From the human T2T-CHM13v2.0 reference genome, Homo sapiens: a stretch of DNA of 64,000 nt. The stretch lies in the NCBI RefSeq assembly GCF_009914755.1, contig NC_060941.1. One strand, written 5' to 3'. Below, piece after piece: positions 31,967 through 62,500 of the stretch; the stretch's first letter is position 1; each line of letters begins with the position of its first letter. The notes beneath the pieces were generated by a model that saw only the letters and a program-made list of their open reading frames with translations, was not told the DNA's origin and made no database searches. Both the position numbers and the translations under genes were made by a program.

Positions 31967-32806
31967 GGACATAGGAAGAAAATGAAAGGCATGGTCTTTC
32001 TCCTTTATGGCCTCCCCACTTTTCCTGGCCAGAGCTGGGCCCAAGGGCCGGGGAGGGAGGGGTGGAAAGGATGTGATGGAAATCTCCTCCATAGGACACA
32101 GGAGGCAAGTATGCGGCCTCCCCTTCTCATCCACAGGAGTACAGATGTCCCTCCCGTGCGAGCACAACTCAGGTAGAAATGAGGATGTCATCTTCCTTCA
32201 CTTTTAGGGTCCTCTGAAGGAGTTCAAAGCTGCTGGCCAAGCTCAGTGGGGAGCCTGGGCTCTGAGATTCCCTCCCACCTGTGGTTCTGACTCTTCCCAG
32301 TGTCCTGCATGTCTGCCCCCAGCACCCAGGGCTGCCTGCAAGGGCAGCTCAGCATGGCCCCAGCACAACTCCGTAGGGAGCCTGGAGTATCCTTCCATTT
32401 CTCAGCCAAATACTCATCTTTTGAGACTGAAATCACACTGGCGGGAATGAAGATTGTGCCAGCCTTCTCTTATGGGCACCTAGCCGCCTTCACCTTCTTC
32501 CTCTACCCCTTAGCAGGAATAGGGTGTCCTCCCTTCTTTCAAAGCACTTTGCTTGCATTTTATTTTATTTTTTTAAGAGTCCTTCATAGAGCTCAGTCAG
32601 GAAGGGGATGGGGCACCAAGCCAAGCCCCCAGCATTGGGAGCGGCCAGGCCACAGCTGCTGCTCCCGTAGTCCTCAGGCTGTAAGCAAGAGACAGCACTG
32701 GCCCTTGGCCAGCGTCCTACCCTGCCCAACTCCAAGGACTGGGTATGGATTGCTGGGCCCTAGGCTCTTGCTTCTGGGGCTATTGGAGGGTCAGTGTCTG
32801 TGACTG

Positions 32807-32812
32807 AATAAA
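32807..32812 (+). terminator. TMUB2: TMUB2 polyadenylation signal (second AATAAA at 33013-33018)
   Basis: AATAAA followed by GU/U-rich sequence. Confidence 0.8.
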
Positions 32813-32924
32813 GTTCCATTTTGTGGTCCTGCAGCCTCTTTCTGTGACAGAGAATGGCTTTGCGCTGCCCCCAGGAAAATGGTAATGAGAGTAGGTAGGC
32901 CGGGGCTACCAACGGGAGATGCAG

Positions 32925-32930
32925 TTTATT
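32925..32930 (-). terminator. ATXN7L3: ATXN7L3 polyadenylation signal
   Basis: TTTATT on + strand at the end of a 2.4-kb 3'UTR. Confidence 0.8.
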
Positions 32931-35365
32931 TACACCAGCAGCCATGGGGGCAGAGGGAATACACAGCGTTTACAAAGTTAGCTACCTGTACAGAATGGAT
33001 TACATATGCAAAAATAAAAATCTCAAGACCACAGGACAGCGTGAGCCCCACCCCCCTCCCCCAATGACCCCAGCATGCGGTAATGCCAGGCGGGTGGCCC
33101 CTGGGCATGCGGGGGGGAGTGATGCATGGAAGGAAAAGCCACCGGCCATGGAAATTAGTACAGAACCCCCCCACACACACTCAGACACAGGATACAGGGT
33201 GGACGACACCTAGCCGGGGTGGGAAGGATGGGAATTGAAACCCACACAGCCTGCTGTTAGAGGGAGGGGAGTGGGGAGCTCCTAGCCCCTGTTCAACTAC
33301 ATGGTAGGGGGGGGCACTCTCTCCCCAGAAGGAAAAGGGTTTGTTCCCTCAGGGTCCCTGCTGGACCAAGCCCATCTCTTACCCAGCCTGGGCAGGGGGC
33401 TCTGCCCTGAGGGCGGGCCAAGGAACAATGGGGAAGTTTATGTGGACAAACCAGTTCCCAAGCTACTTCCCACTTCTCCCTCCTCCAACCAGAAGGGGGG
33501 AAAAGGGAGAGGCCACAGGGCAAAGAGTGTATTAGGGCCTGAGCTGCAGCTGCCTCTCAGAAGGGAGAGTGGCCCACAGCCTTCCTCCCTTCACCTTCAG
33601 CCCACTCCCCAGACTGCATCTGGAAGCGGCTAGAGGCCTGCTGAGATCCTCCTCTCCCTCTGGCCTCCTCTCGGAGGGAGACTACGGAGGGCCAAGAATA
33701 GAGAAGCCCAGGCCCCGGGATTTATTCTAACTCCTGCCAAAATCTGTTTGGCTTTTTAAAAAATAATCACAATTTGTGGGTTAAAAACCAATTTGCAACC
33801 AGGCATGAGCCACAATCAGAACCACCCCAGCGGGAGAGCGGAGTTCCAGACAGGGCATTGCAGCCCCATCTCTGTTGTTCCCTTAACCCTCTAGGGTCCC
33901 TAACCCGATCAGTCCAACCAGTCCTGGGTACTAACTACCCAAATGTGGGATGGCTCCTCTTGGGAAGAGGGTAGGGGACATGTCCAGCAAGTGCCAGAGA
34001 ACTTGGCTCAGGGTCACCTCCACCCATGTCAGTCAGCTCTGCTCCCAGCCCAGGTCGCGGTCCTCCAGCTTGGCTCCTGGGAGTGGTGGTGCCCGCATGG
34101 AGGGGGGACGGTACATCTCTTTAGGATGTAGACCAGGCAGGTGGGCACACTGGCATGACAGTCCCACAGAGGGGCAGTGACACCCCTTCCCCTCCACTGA
34201 CAACCTGGGGCACAGAGGCCACCCTCTCTTCCCACCCAACTCCTAGCAAAGGGGGAGAGGCACAAGATTAGGATTTTCCTCAGAGCCCCAAACCACAAGT
34301 ACAGAATAAATAACTTAAAAGCGCTAAGGAAGGGAAACAGGGCACGCTTTGGAGGCAGGAGCGCTGAGAGGAACTGAAGCCAGTCAAGGTGAAGGGGGTG
34401 GAAGCAGCAGTTGGGAACCTGGGCTGCCCCGGTAGGGCAGTGGGGCAGGGTGGGCAGGAGGAACACGGGGCCACCCCAGGAGGGTGAGGCTGGGTCCCTT
34501 CCTGGGGCAGGGAATGAGGTAAGAAAACATTTCAAATAAAGCAGCACCGTTCCCTCTCACCTTGGGGCCCCACTCCTCACCAGCCCTGGGTCAGGGAGGA
34601 GAGGCAGGGGGAGGAATTCTGACACTTCTCCCTCTTCCTACCCTCCCTTTCCCATTCCTTGAAGCTGTAGAGGCTGGAGGCCCTTTCCTGGCACCCAACA
34701 AAAGGACAGCTCCTGCTGCCAAGGAGGCCCATGGGGACTGAGGGGAAAGGGCTGCCCCTGTGAGGGGCAGGGAAGGTGGCGGCAGTTCTGGACGCCCACC
34801 TCAGCAGACAGCACTCTGTGCCTGCCTACCCCTGGGACTGGGGGCATTTGATAAGATTCTGCACACAGACAGGACATGCCCAGCCTTGCCCCTCAGCTCC
34901 AAGCACCGGACCCATTCACATTGCTGAGGGCGGCCGAGGCAGGCCCCCTCCAGGCTCAGCTTCCAACCCACAGCCTCCCGGGTCGCCACATTGCCCCTCA
35001 GCAGGGCTTAGTCCAGTTCCTGGGGTGGGGGGCAGGCAGTGCCCTGGCACAGTGCCCAGGTCAGGCCCCTGGCCTAGCTGGACATCCAGTAACTCACAGA
35101 ATAAATAGGAAAACCGCCTCCCCACCAAACTTATGTCCAAGGCATAATATGTCCAGGTCTGAGTCCTGCACGCCGAGGAGTCGTGCTCCATTGCAGAGGA
35201 CTTTGACACCCCCCAGGGGCGCATAATCGGATCCTCTGCCTGCCTGGCCCACCAAGCTTCCCAAGCCCCAACCCCCAGCAGCCGTCCATTTGCCAGGCTA
35301 TGCCACCTGGGTGGGGGTCAGGAGAGAGGGCTCTGCTCAGCCAAAGGCTATCCCTTGCACCCAAG

Positions 35366-39173
<3,808 letters not shown>

Positions 39174-40089
39174 TTGTAAACTCTTGTGGAGACGGCGCTC
39201 TGACTGCTCATAGCACAGCGGGCGGCAACACGGCTGCACACACGGGGGTGGGGGTGTTGTTGTGAGTCCAAGGCACCTCTGAATGCGGCCACCTTCCCTC
39301 CCCACCTCGCTGCCCAAAGCTCAGTCCTGGCATCAGGGTCTCTCCCTCCCCAAGGCCCAGGCTCCCTAAGTCTGGATGGTCCTTCAAGGCCTGAAACCTA
39401 AAGGGGGCCTAGTCTTTCCCAGGCCTGAGCTCAGGCCCTGGACTCCACTGCCAATCAGAGTCTGGGTCTATAGGAGGCAGCAGCTCACCCTAGGTCCCCA
39501 AAACTCAAACCCCTCTTTGATACCCATGGTGCAATGCAGCAGGGGGAGGAGAAGGAACTCCAAGGCCTCAAAGCAAACCCACAGGGTGTGGCAAAGAACT
39601 GCACAGACTCCTAAATACACCCCCCGCCTTCCCTAAAGACTCTCCTCAGAGTCACCTCTGCTTTCAGCCAGGATGTCCACTTGGGGGGGTACTGCTACCA
39701 GAAGTAGAAATGGCCCTAGGACCCTACAACCTTCACCCCACTCTGTCTTCCCTTGAAATCAGCCTGCCACTCCACGAGGGGAGCAGAGCCCACAGGAGCC
39801 TAGAGCTAAGGGACATTTCTAGCCACCATGAGCAGGAACGGCGGGGGGTGGGGGGGAAGAGCCTGGTAGGGTGGCACGCCAGGAGCGGGCACTCCCCTTA
39901 CCTGTTCTTCCTTTAAATAACCACCCGCCCTCCCTCAGGACCAGCCCGGAAGTCTCTCCAAGAGCCCCAAAGTCCAGGAACCCCCACCCAAGGATTCAGA
40001 CACAGAACCCACAACCCAGGGCCCCTCGGAACGGTGGGTACGAGTTTCAGGAGCTGCCGGCCTAGAGTGGGGTGGGGACTGACGAATGA

Positions 40090-41900
40090 GCCGGGGGCAC
40101 TGGGAAGGGTAGGAGGCCGGGCCTCGGCTCTTCCCCCGTCCCTGCGGCACTGCTGCTGCATCATACCGACTGGGGGGAGGACAGCCGAGCCGCCGGGGCC
40201 GGCGCCGGGCCGGGACAGACCGACCCCCAGAGAGTGGGACGCGTCCCAGCCCCTCTCCTTCCCCGCCCGCCAGCAGCCCCGGCCGGCCGGGGAGAGGAGT
40301 CCGGGAGGGTGTCTCTATTGTCCCGGGGGCTGGGGCCTGGCTCCCTAACAAAGGCCCCGCGCCCCCTCCCCGGCCGGCCCTGCCCCGCCCAAGGGGGACC
40401 CAGACGGGGGAGAGCCAGGGGCCCCGGCCCGGCCGGGAAGCTGGGGGAAGCCGGGCGTTTCCGCGTCGGCCCGGGGGGAGGGGAAGGGGCGCTGACCCAG
40501 ACCTGGGGGGAGGGGGCCCAAGCCCCGCCTTGGGCCCCGCCCCCCGCCCCCCACAGGCCCCTCCCCCGTCCCCGTCCCCGTCTCCGTCCCGTACTCACCC
40601 CGCCCGGGGGGCCGCGCCGGGGCCCGGCAGCCTCTCAGGGCCGCGTCCTCCGGCGGCGGCGACGGCGGCGGCTGCTCCGGAGCCCCATGTCCGTCGGTCC
40701 GTCCTCGCCTCTCCCCGGGGCCCAGGGCCCGGGGCCGGGGGGTCGGGCCGCCCCCCCGCCTGGCCGCCTCACCGGGCGGCCATGGCCCCTTCCCCTCCCT
40801 TCTTGTCCCGTCGCCGCCTCCTCCTCCTCACCTCACCCCGCCCGCGCGCAGTCCGCGCGCCGTCCGCGCGCCCCTCCCCCCGCCCCCCACTCCAGCCCGC
40901 CTCTCCCGGGCGGGGGGTGCGGCGCGAGCCCGGAGCGCGCGCGCGTGTGCCGCGACCGGAGGATGGATGGATGGAGCGAGCGTGAACGCGAGCGTGCGCG
41001 CGCGCGCCCCTCTCCCCCTCCCTCTGCGCGGGCGCGAGGCCAAGCGCGAGCGCGCTCCAACCTCCTCCTCTTCCTCCTCCCGCCCCTCCCCAACACCCCG
41101 CCCTCCCCCTCCCTTCCTCTTCCTTCTTTCGCTTTCGCGCGCCCAGCGACTGCTCGCGCCTGCTAGAAGGGCCCGAGCGCGTGCATCTGCCCCGCGGCCG
41201 CAGCTCGGCAGCATTTGCTCCAGGGGGCGGGGACCGGGAGGGGAGGAGGGGCGCCACGCCGCCGTCCAAAGTACCGGCGGACGGGGACGGGGGCGGAGAG
41301 ATGGGCGGGGCCTTCGCGGACCTCCCCGACCAATCGCAGGGAGGCCTCGGCCCGGGAGGACCAATAAGATGGGGGTGGGTGGGGCGGCGTTCAAGGTGAG
41401 GTGCGCGGTGCGCTGGGGGCGGAGACGTTTTGCCGTCCCGGCCGGCTCGGGGGCGGGGGCAGCGGGTGGCGTCGAAAGAGAGCGCCGGCTGCCAGCCGAG
41501 CCTGGGACGCCTTCCGGCCCAGGCTCCCCCGCCCTTCCCTCGGGGCTCCCCGCTCTCTCCCCCGCCACCCTCCGCTCCCCCCTTTACCCCGAGGCGTGCA
41601 GCCACTTCTGTGAAGAGGCCAGACTTGAAGTGGGGCGCAGTTAGGACCTCGGGGCGGAAAGCCTGTGGAGCCTAAGGGGCTCGCCCGCGCCTCAGTTCTC
41701 CCGGTTTCTGGGCGGGTCTCAGCCCACTCCAGGCTTGCGGACCAACAAGCGGCCGAGATGAGGGTCCGCTGCTGAGGTCGGAGGCCGAGCTGCGCCCTTC
41801 TGCGCGGAGCGCCCTCCCCGCCCCTCGTCCTAATTTAGATCCCACACCTGCTCGCCTTTCCTGCTTCCGGAACCCACGCTGGACCCCCACCCCTCCAGAC
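40090..41900 (-). promoter_or_regulatory. ATXN7L3: CpG island, ATXN7L3 promoter and non-coding first exon
   Basis: Very high GC/CpG content. Minus-strand donor GG|GTGAGT at 40599/40598. CCAAT near 41330 and 41361 with GGGCGG boxes. Confidence 0.82.
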
Positions 41901-42269
41901 AGCCTCCTTGTCACTGGCCAGATCCTTCCCCCGACCCAGTGCTGTTCCCCTGGGTGCAGCGTGTCCCTGTGCTCACGCTCTCAGTCCCTCTTTACCTTAG
42001 GAAGGGACAGGCCTTTTCCCAGCCGCGGTGGATGGCTGGATTGGCGCTTTCATCTCGGTTACTCTGTGTGTGGTGTCCTGGAACGGTTGTGTGACAGCCC
42101 TCTCCCCTCAAGAGATAAGATTAAAAAGGAGGATAGTCTGAAATCACATACTTGGAGCCATCTTTGGTTTTTAGTTTTCAGCAAATACTTATTTTTTTCT
42201 CACCGATTTCTCCCGAGAAACAGCAAACATTTATTGAGGCGATATTCCAGAGTAGTTCAGATCAGGCGT

Positions 42270-45500
<3,231 letters not shown>

Positions 45501-46154
45501 CAACAAGCTTTTTAGCAGTTTGGCCACTATAGGATAGGGGCAAGGGCTGGGAGAGAGTTCTCCGACAGGACCTGGGTCTGCAGCCCTTTGAGGTTCCAGG
45601 AACCCAGCCAAGGCCTGCGCAGGAAAGGGTGTCTTCCCTTAATCTCAGAGAGTGAGTCATCTCAGCCCAGCCCAGCCTGCTTCCCATCAGAGGCCTAGAT
45701 GGTCCTAGGAAAGTCATCCTTAACCCTTAACCTTTAACCTGGGATGGAGCTGAAGGCTCAAAGTGAGAGCGTGCTCCCTCAACTCCCCACGATAAGCCCT
45801 ACACTAGGAAGGCTTGCATGCCCAGGGCGAACCCTTGACCCTAGTAGCTCATCACCTCCAATTCCCCAAGACCATGTACTTTGGGTGAAAATGCATTTGT
45901 TCTCCAACTTCTCAGAATCTTTAGTGGTCTCACAACCCAAGGTGAACAAATGGAATTGAGAAAAGGGCAAGAACAGTAGCACAGAACAATGTGAAGGTAG
46001 GTTGCCTATGGAATCTTTAGGGAAGAGGAAGATAGTTCTAGGAAGAAAAGGCAAATTGGCTTCAAGCATTTTTATAGATCAAACCTGTTGGGTCACCCCT
46101 GTGAACCTTCATTGATTCCAGTGACCAGACAGCAGTCAAACCTTTGTTTTTCAC

Positions 46155-46160
46155 TTTATT
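46155..46160 (-). terminator. UBTF: UBTF distal polyadenylation signal
   Basis: TTTATT on + strand about 2.2 kb past the stop codon. Confidence 0.8.
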
Positions 46161-47516
46161 ATACAAAAAAGGGAAAACAAAACTTCCACAGTTGGCTTTA
46201 AGCATAGGCAGACACCTCTAAGCCACTCCCTCCCACCTCCCATGATACAAATTCAAGTTGTGGTGGTTGTTGAATCCTACAAAACACTCCTTAAATATTA
46301 GAAAAGAAGTTGGGGGTGGGGATGGGGGTCTTCCCACCCCAGCCATCCCATCCCAGTGCCAAAATGCACTCAAGAGTGACCTCTTACAGCACCAACACCC
46401 CCACCCTGACAGTCCTGTTTGTACTGTAAGAATTTTTCAATTTTTAAAACAGGAAAGAAAAAGTGCCCCATTCAAAGTTGTTTTTAAATGAAAATACATT
46501 CCACTGAAACACAACAGTGTAGGGGCATCCAAATAGGAAACTGGGGTTCTTTGCAGGGCTCTTGGGAAGAAATAGAACCTATAAACCCCTGTACTTAATT
46601 CCAGGATTAGGACAAAGGAAGGGGAATGGGAGTGGGGAGTGTCCCCCCCAGGCCTCCCCACCCCCAGCACCAAGGTCCAAGGCAAAGCAGAGACTGTCTG
46701 CCTTCCTTTGGGAGAGGGACCCACCAGCCTCTCTGGGACCAGGGCCCTTCACCGTTCTTGCTCCACCTCCGCGGCAGAGTTCCCGCTCTTCCCCCATTCC
46801 TTGGCTTTCATTCAGAGGGGGAAGGTGGAAAAGCACCAAGCCCCAATTTAATAGGTCAGTGACATGACCATAAAAAAGAACCCCCCAAATTTAGTCAACA
46901 AAAAAATAAGAACTACAGAGATAAGGTGGCTTGGCTTATTAAGAGTCAAGGAATCAAGGTACCAAAAAATACGGGAGATGGCTGGGAAGAGTTAGAGACA
47001 GCTGCAGATGCAGCTTTTGCAGACTTCTTGCCCAGCTGTGGGGTTGGGGGAGGAGGGAGCAGACCTGAGAAATTAAAGGAAATAGGGGGTGGTGGGAGGA
47101 TTCAAGGAAGGCTGGAGGGATGTGTAAGTTAGGAGCTCCCAGCACATTTCTTGAAGCCCAGGTTCTGAGCCTGGGGTGGCCAGGCTTGGCCTCTCAGATG
47201 AACAGGGGAGACCTTTTCCATCAAATACAAGCTTTAAGCTTCACACCATCTTGCCTGCCTTTCCGCCTTCCTGCTGGACAATGGAGACCAGCAGCTCGGA
47301 TGCATGTGACTCTGGCAGAGGGAGCCTGGTCTGGGAAGCATCCGAGAATGGCTTCAGCACACTCCCCCTAATGGAATCAGAGACTGGGCAAAACAGAGGA
47401 TGTGGAGAACGGGGCAGCCTCAGCCTGCTCCCACCAGGGTCAACATCTCCCGGCCCTCACCGACCCTTTTTCCAGATTCACAACAAACTGATGTGGGCTC
47501 TAGGACAGACCCCTTT

Positions 47517-47600
47517 ACACACACACACACACACTCACACTCTTTTGCACACATCCACAGCTGCACCCATGCTATGTACAGGAACACACATACACATACT
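47517..47600. repeat. Imperfect (CA)n tract in the UBTF 3'UTR
   Basis: ACACACACACACACACTCACAC...ACACACATACACATAC. Confidence 0.8.
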
Positions 47601-48344
47601 CTCTTCCACATACATCAAGACCATTTTTAAAAGGTTCCAAATCTACCCCTAAACCCTCCCTCTCCCAGAAATGACAACAGAGACGGCAGCCGAGATCGGT
47701 AGGAAACGTCTCGTTGACAGCTCAGAGCTTAAAAAAAAATATATACACATATATAAAAAACACTTCTGCCCCCTCCCCCATGAACGGGTCCAGGCAGCTC
47801 CTTCCTGCAGGGGGCAGGGGAGAGGGCCACCAGGGCAGTGCCTGTTTTCTTGAAGGCACCGACCCTCCTCCTCCCCATGTTCCCTGCCTCCAGTTCCAAT
47901 GCAGGGGTCCAGGTGGCAGGCCCCTCTGGGAAGGAATGGGTCTTCCCCAAGCTTCCACCCCACCTTGGATTGGGCCGCAGGTGTGGAGGGCCTCATCAAA
48001 CTCTTTGGGACCCCCCACCCCCACTCTCCGGTCCATTGTCCATGCCGGAACCGCAAGTGCAGAAGTGGGTGGGGTGGGCCAGGCTGGTCCGGTGCTGGCT
48101 TAGTCTGATAGTTGCTGTCCCTGGAGGAGGACCCCCAAGGGCTGATGTCTCTGAGGCTGCAGAGTCCTGGCCTGGGCTCCTCCAGCCCCCTACCCCCACC
48201 GTATTTTTTTTTTTTTTTAAAGAAAGAAAGAAAGTGGGGGAGGCCAGGGGGGCAAGGGACAGAACATGGGGGAGAAACAAAGGTGGTCAGTTGGGGAGGG
48301 GAGCTCCTGGGCTCTCCCTGGCTGCCCTGGGGTGGGGCTGAGCC

Positions 48345-59332
<10,988 letters not shown>

Positions 59333-59549
59333 CCTCCAGCTGTCCAGCCACCTCCTCGGTCGTGCTGGCCGGGCAACCCGGGGTCAAAGCCACCTCACCC
59401 TTTGGAAGACATACCAGTTCCCACTCAGGAAGGCTGAGAGGTGAACGACTAACGACTTTCTAACCGCCCAGAGTAGAAGGGGGCAGGTCCACACTCTGAG
59501 AGACTCAGCCATGACCTTATTAGACTTAAGGGGTCTATGGGAATGGGAG

Positions 59550-62500
59550 TGCGCCCCTCCTCTTCCTCGTGACCCCCTCCCCCAGCCCCTGCAGCCCGGC
59601 TCCGCGGCGCGCGCCCTCCCCTGGCCACGCGAGGGCCTGCTCCTAGCTCCCGCGTGCAGCGAGCGCCCGCCCTCCGCCCCGCTTCCCAACCCCAGCCAAA
59701 AAAAAAAAAAAAGAAAAAATCTCCTCCTCCTCGGAGCGCCCGCCCCGGGGAGGCCCCAGGCTGGAGGGCGGGGGAAGAGGAAGGGCGGGTAAAGGGCGCG
59801 CGCGGCCACGGAAGCGGGCACGCGCCCCAGTCTCCTCCTCCCGCCTCCCCCCGGCCGGTTCCCCCCGCCTCCGCAACCCGGCGGGGACCCGGACGCAGCG
59901 CAGCCGCCGCCAGCCCCGGAGCGGAGCGGCCGCACCGCCCCCGGGGACCGGATCCGGATTCCCGCCGCTCCCCCCTCCCGGGCTCCCTTCGCCGTCCCCG
60001 CCCGCACAGGCGGGCAAGCAGCCGGAGAGAAGCGGCCTAGCCTGCCCCCCGCCCCCGAGCCACCCACCCCGGCCAGAGGCGCCGCCACCGCCCAGCCACC
60101 CCGACGCGCACGGAGGAGCCCGGCACAGAGGCGCGACCGCGGCGGGAACCGCCGCCTCCTCCCCCGAGCCTGCGGCCCAGCCCCGCCGGCGCCCCCGCCC
60201 CGGCCTCCGGGGAGCCGAGCCAAGGAGAGGGCGGGAGGACGGCGGCCGGGAGGCGGGGGCGCAGCGCTCACCGGCCCCGCCGCCCCCTCCGGCGGCCGGG
60301 GAGAACTGCGCCTGCCGGCTCCGAGAAGCGCGGGCTCCTCCGCCAGCGGCCGGGGCTCGGCTCAGGCCTCGCTTCCTGCCTTCCCCTCCCCCGGCTCTCG
60401 GCGTCCTCCCAAGTGCCCTGGTCTGCTCGCGCCCGGTCGCCTGCTCGGTGGTCGCTTCGGGTCCCCGCTGGGCGCCCACCGCACCCCGCGGTTCGCTCCC
60501 GCCGTCCGGCCCCGACCCCAGCGCGCGTCCTCAGCCGCCTCGGTTACCCGGCGCAGCGCGGCCTCCGGGCTTCCCGCTCCAGCGGCTCCCTCCCTGGCTC
60601 TGAGTGGCGGCGCCCTCCCCCGCTCGGCCGGGCACAGCCGCAGCTCCCTCCCGCGGCGGCAGCGGCTCCTCCTCCGGGCGAGGCGGCGGCGCTGGGGCGG
60701 CGGCTGCTGCTGCTGTGGCGGCGGCGGCGGCGGCTGTGGCTGCTGCCTGCTGCTCCTCGCGGCGAAAAGCACAAAGCACAGCGCCCTCCGCCTGCAGGCA
60801 GCCCGCCCGCCGCCGGCCCCGGCCTCAGCTCGCACACCCCCCGCCGCCGCCGCAGCCTCAGCCGCCGGAGCGGGGAGGAGGAGGGAGAAGGGAGGAGGAG
60901 GAGCGGGAGGGGGGGCGGGAGAAGCGGGGCAGCGAGCGCGTCCTTCCCCGTAGAGCGCACACCGACCCCCGGGGAGCGAGCGCCAGCCCGCCCGCCTCGC
61001 CGGCTCCGCTCCCTCCCACAGCCTGCCCGGGCGGGCTCCGCGGGGGGCAGCTGGGAGGAGGGGCGGGAGCTGGGGGGACCCGGGCGGCCGAGGCGGAGGG
61101 AAGGAAGGAGGGGAGGGGGGTGGTGGTGGTGGTGCTGGCGGCGGCGGCGGCTGCTGCTGCTGCTGCTGCCGCCGCCGGGGAAGGGGGGGGGGGGCCGGGG
61201 CAGGGAGACACGCAGCCGCCCGGATGGCGGCGGGGCTCGGAGCCTAGGCGGGCGGGCGGGCGCCGAGAGCGACCTCGCCAGACCCGCGGGGGAACTAGCA
61301 GGCTTCGCCGGCGAGGGAGGGCCGAGGTGCGGCCGCGGAGAGGGTGCCCGGAGGTGCCCCCGGCGTCCGGGGAGGCTCGGGGGGCGCCCACAGCCCTGCT
61401 CCGGAGCTCTCCCCCAAGTTCTCCCAGCTCAGACTAGGGCTTCCAGGCCAGCTCTCTCCCGCCTCCCGGAGCGAGCGGTCCGCGCCCACCCTCATCCCCC
61501 GGAGCGTGGCCGCTGGTTTGGGGCGCACGCACGCCGATCGCGGCGTCCAGCTTCGGTGCCTACCTCGCGGTCCTCTCCTTGCCGAACGGCACATACGAAA
61601 CTTAAAAAAAAACCCGAAAACTAAAACCTCTGCATTAAAAAAAAAAAATCCCCGTTGCTCTTTACACCCCGGAAACGGCAAGGGAACGACGGGCTCCGGC
61701 GGAGGGGCCGCTGTGGGAGCCGGTTCAATCCAGCCCGGCATGGTTCTCCAGGCCTGCCCGGGCGCATGAAGATCGGCGCCGCCGCCACTCGTAGCAACCC
61801 CTCTCCCCCGAAATCCGCGGCTCCCGGGCTCACTTACCGAGCGTGTGGATGGGAGCGCAGGCCGGGGGCACCTGGGAGCACGGCGGGCCGAACAGTCGAG
61901 CCGCAGCTCCGCTGCAGCCGACGCCGGGGCAGCGAGTCGCCAGACAAAGCCCGAGATGGCGAAGCGGAGCGACGGCTAATGGCGAGCCCCACGCGCCGCG
62001 CTCCGCCCGCCCCGCTCCGCCCGCCCGCCCGCCCGCCTCGGCGCAGCGCAGCGCCGCTCCGAGCGCTTGCCCGTCAGAGCCGCCTCGGCGCCGCCGCCTC
62101 CCGGGCCACCCCGGCCTCGCCTGGCCCCTCCGCCTCCTCCGGGCGGCTCAGCCTCACCCCTTCCCTCCCACTGCTCTAGGGGTTGCACAAAAAAAATTTT
62201 TTTTTTTTAAAGAAAAATGGTTTTCGTCTTTTTTTTTTCTTTTTGCAGGGCGGGCATGTTGAGACTTTTGGATATTTCTGCCCCCAGCTCGCACTCACCT
62301 GCGGAGCCGCCGGGAGGGCTAGGGGTGGGGGCGCGCGGGGCTGGAGCCGGCGAGCGCGGGTTGAAAGCCAGCCAAGCTCTGCAGCGCCCGACCCGGGCGT
62401 GTACGCCGCCGCCAGTCCCCGCAGAGAAATCGTCCTCCTACCCCGCCTCCATCGCTCTGCGTTTCTCTTCCAATCAGCCGGTCGCTTGGTGGCTCCTCCA

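Noticed and set aside
41391-41400. + strand donor AAG|GTGAGG suggesting a divergent antisense transcript from the ATXN7L3 promoter
   Set aside because: A lone donor motif is not enough to define a transcript from sequence alone.
45718-45740. Telomere-like CCTTAACCCTTAACCTTTAACC
   Set aside because: Only three degenerate 7-nt units, too short for an interstitial telomeric sequence.
60413-61624. 403-aa ORF and other long ORFs in CpG islands (40234-41166, 40769-41605, 59384-60271)
   Set aside because: Low-complexity R/P/G/A ORFs open in several frames at once, mostly non-ATG starts, with no recognisable domains.
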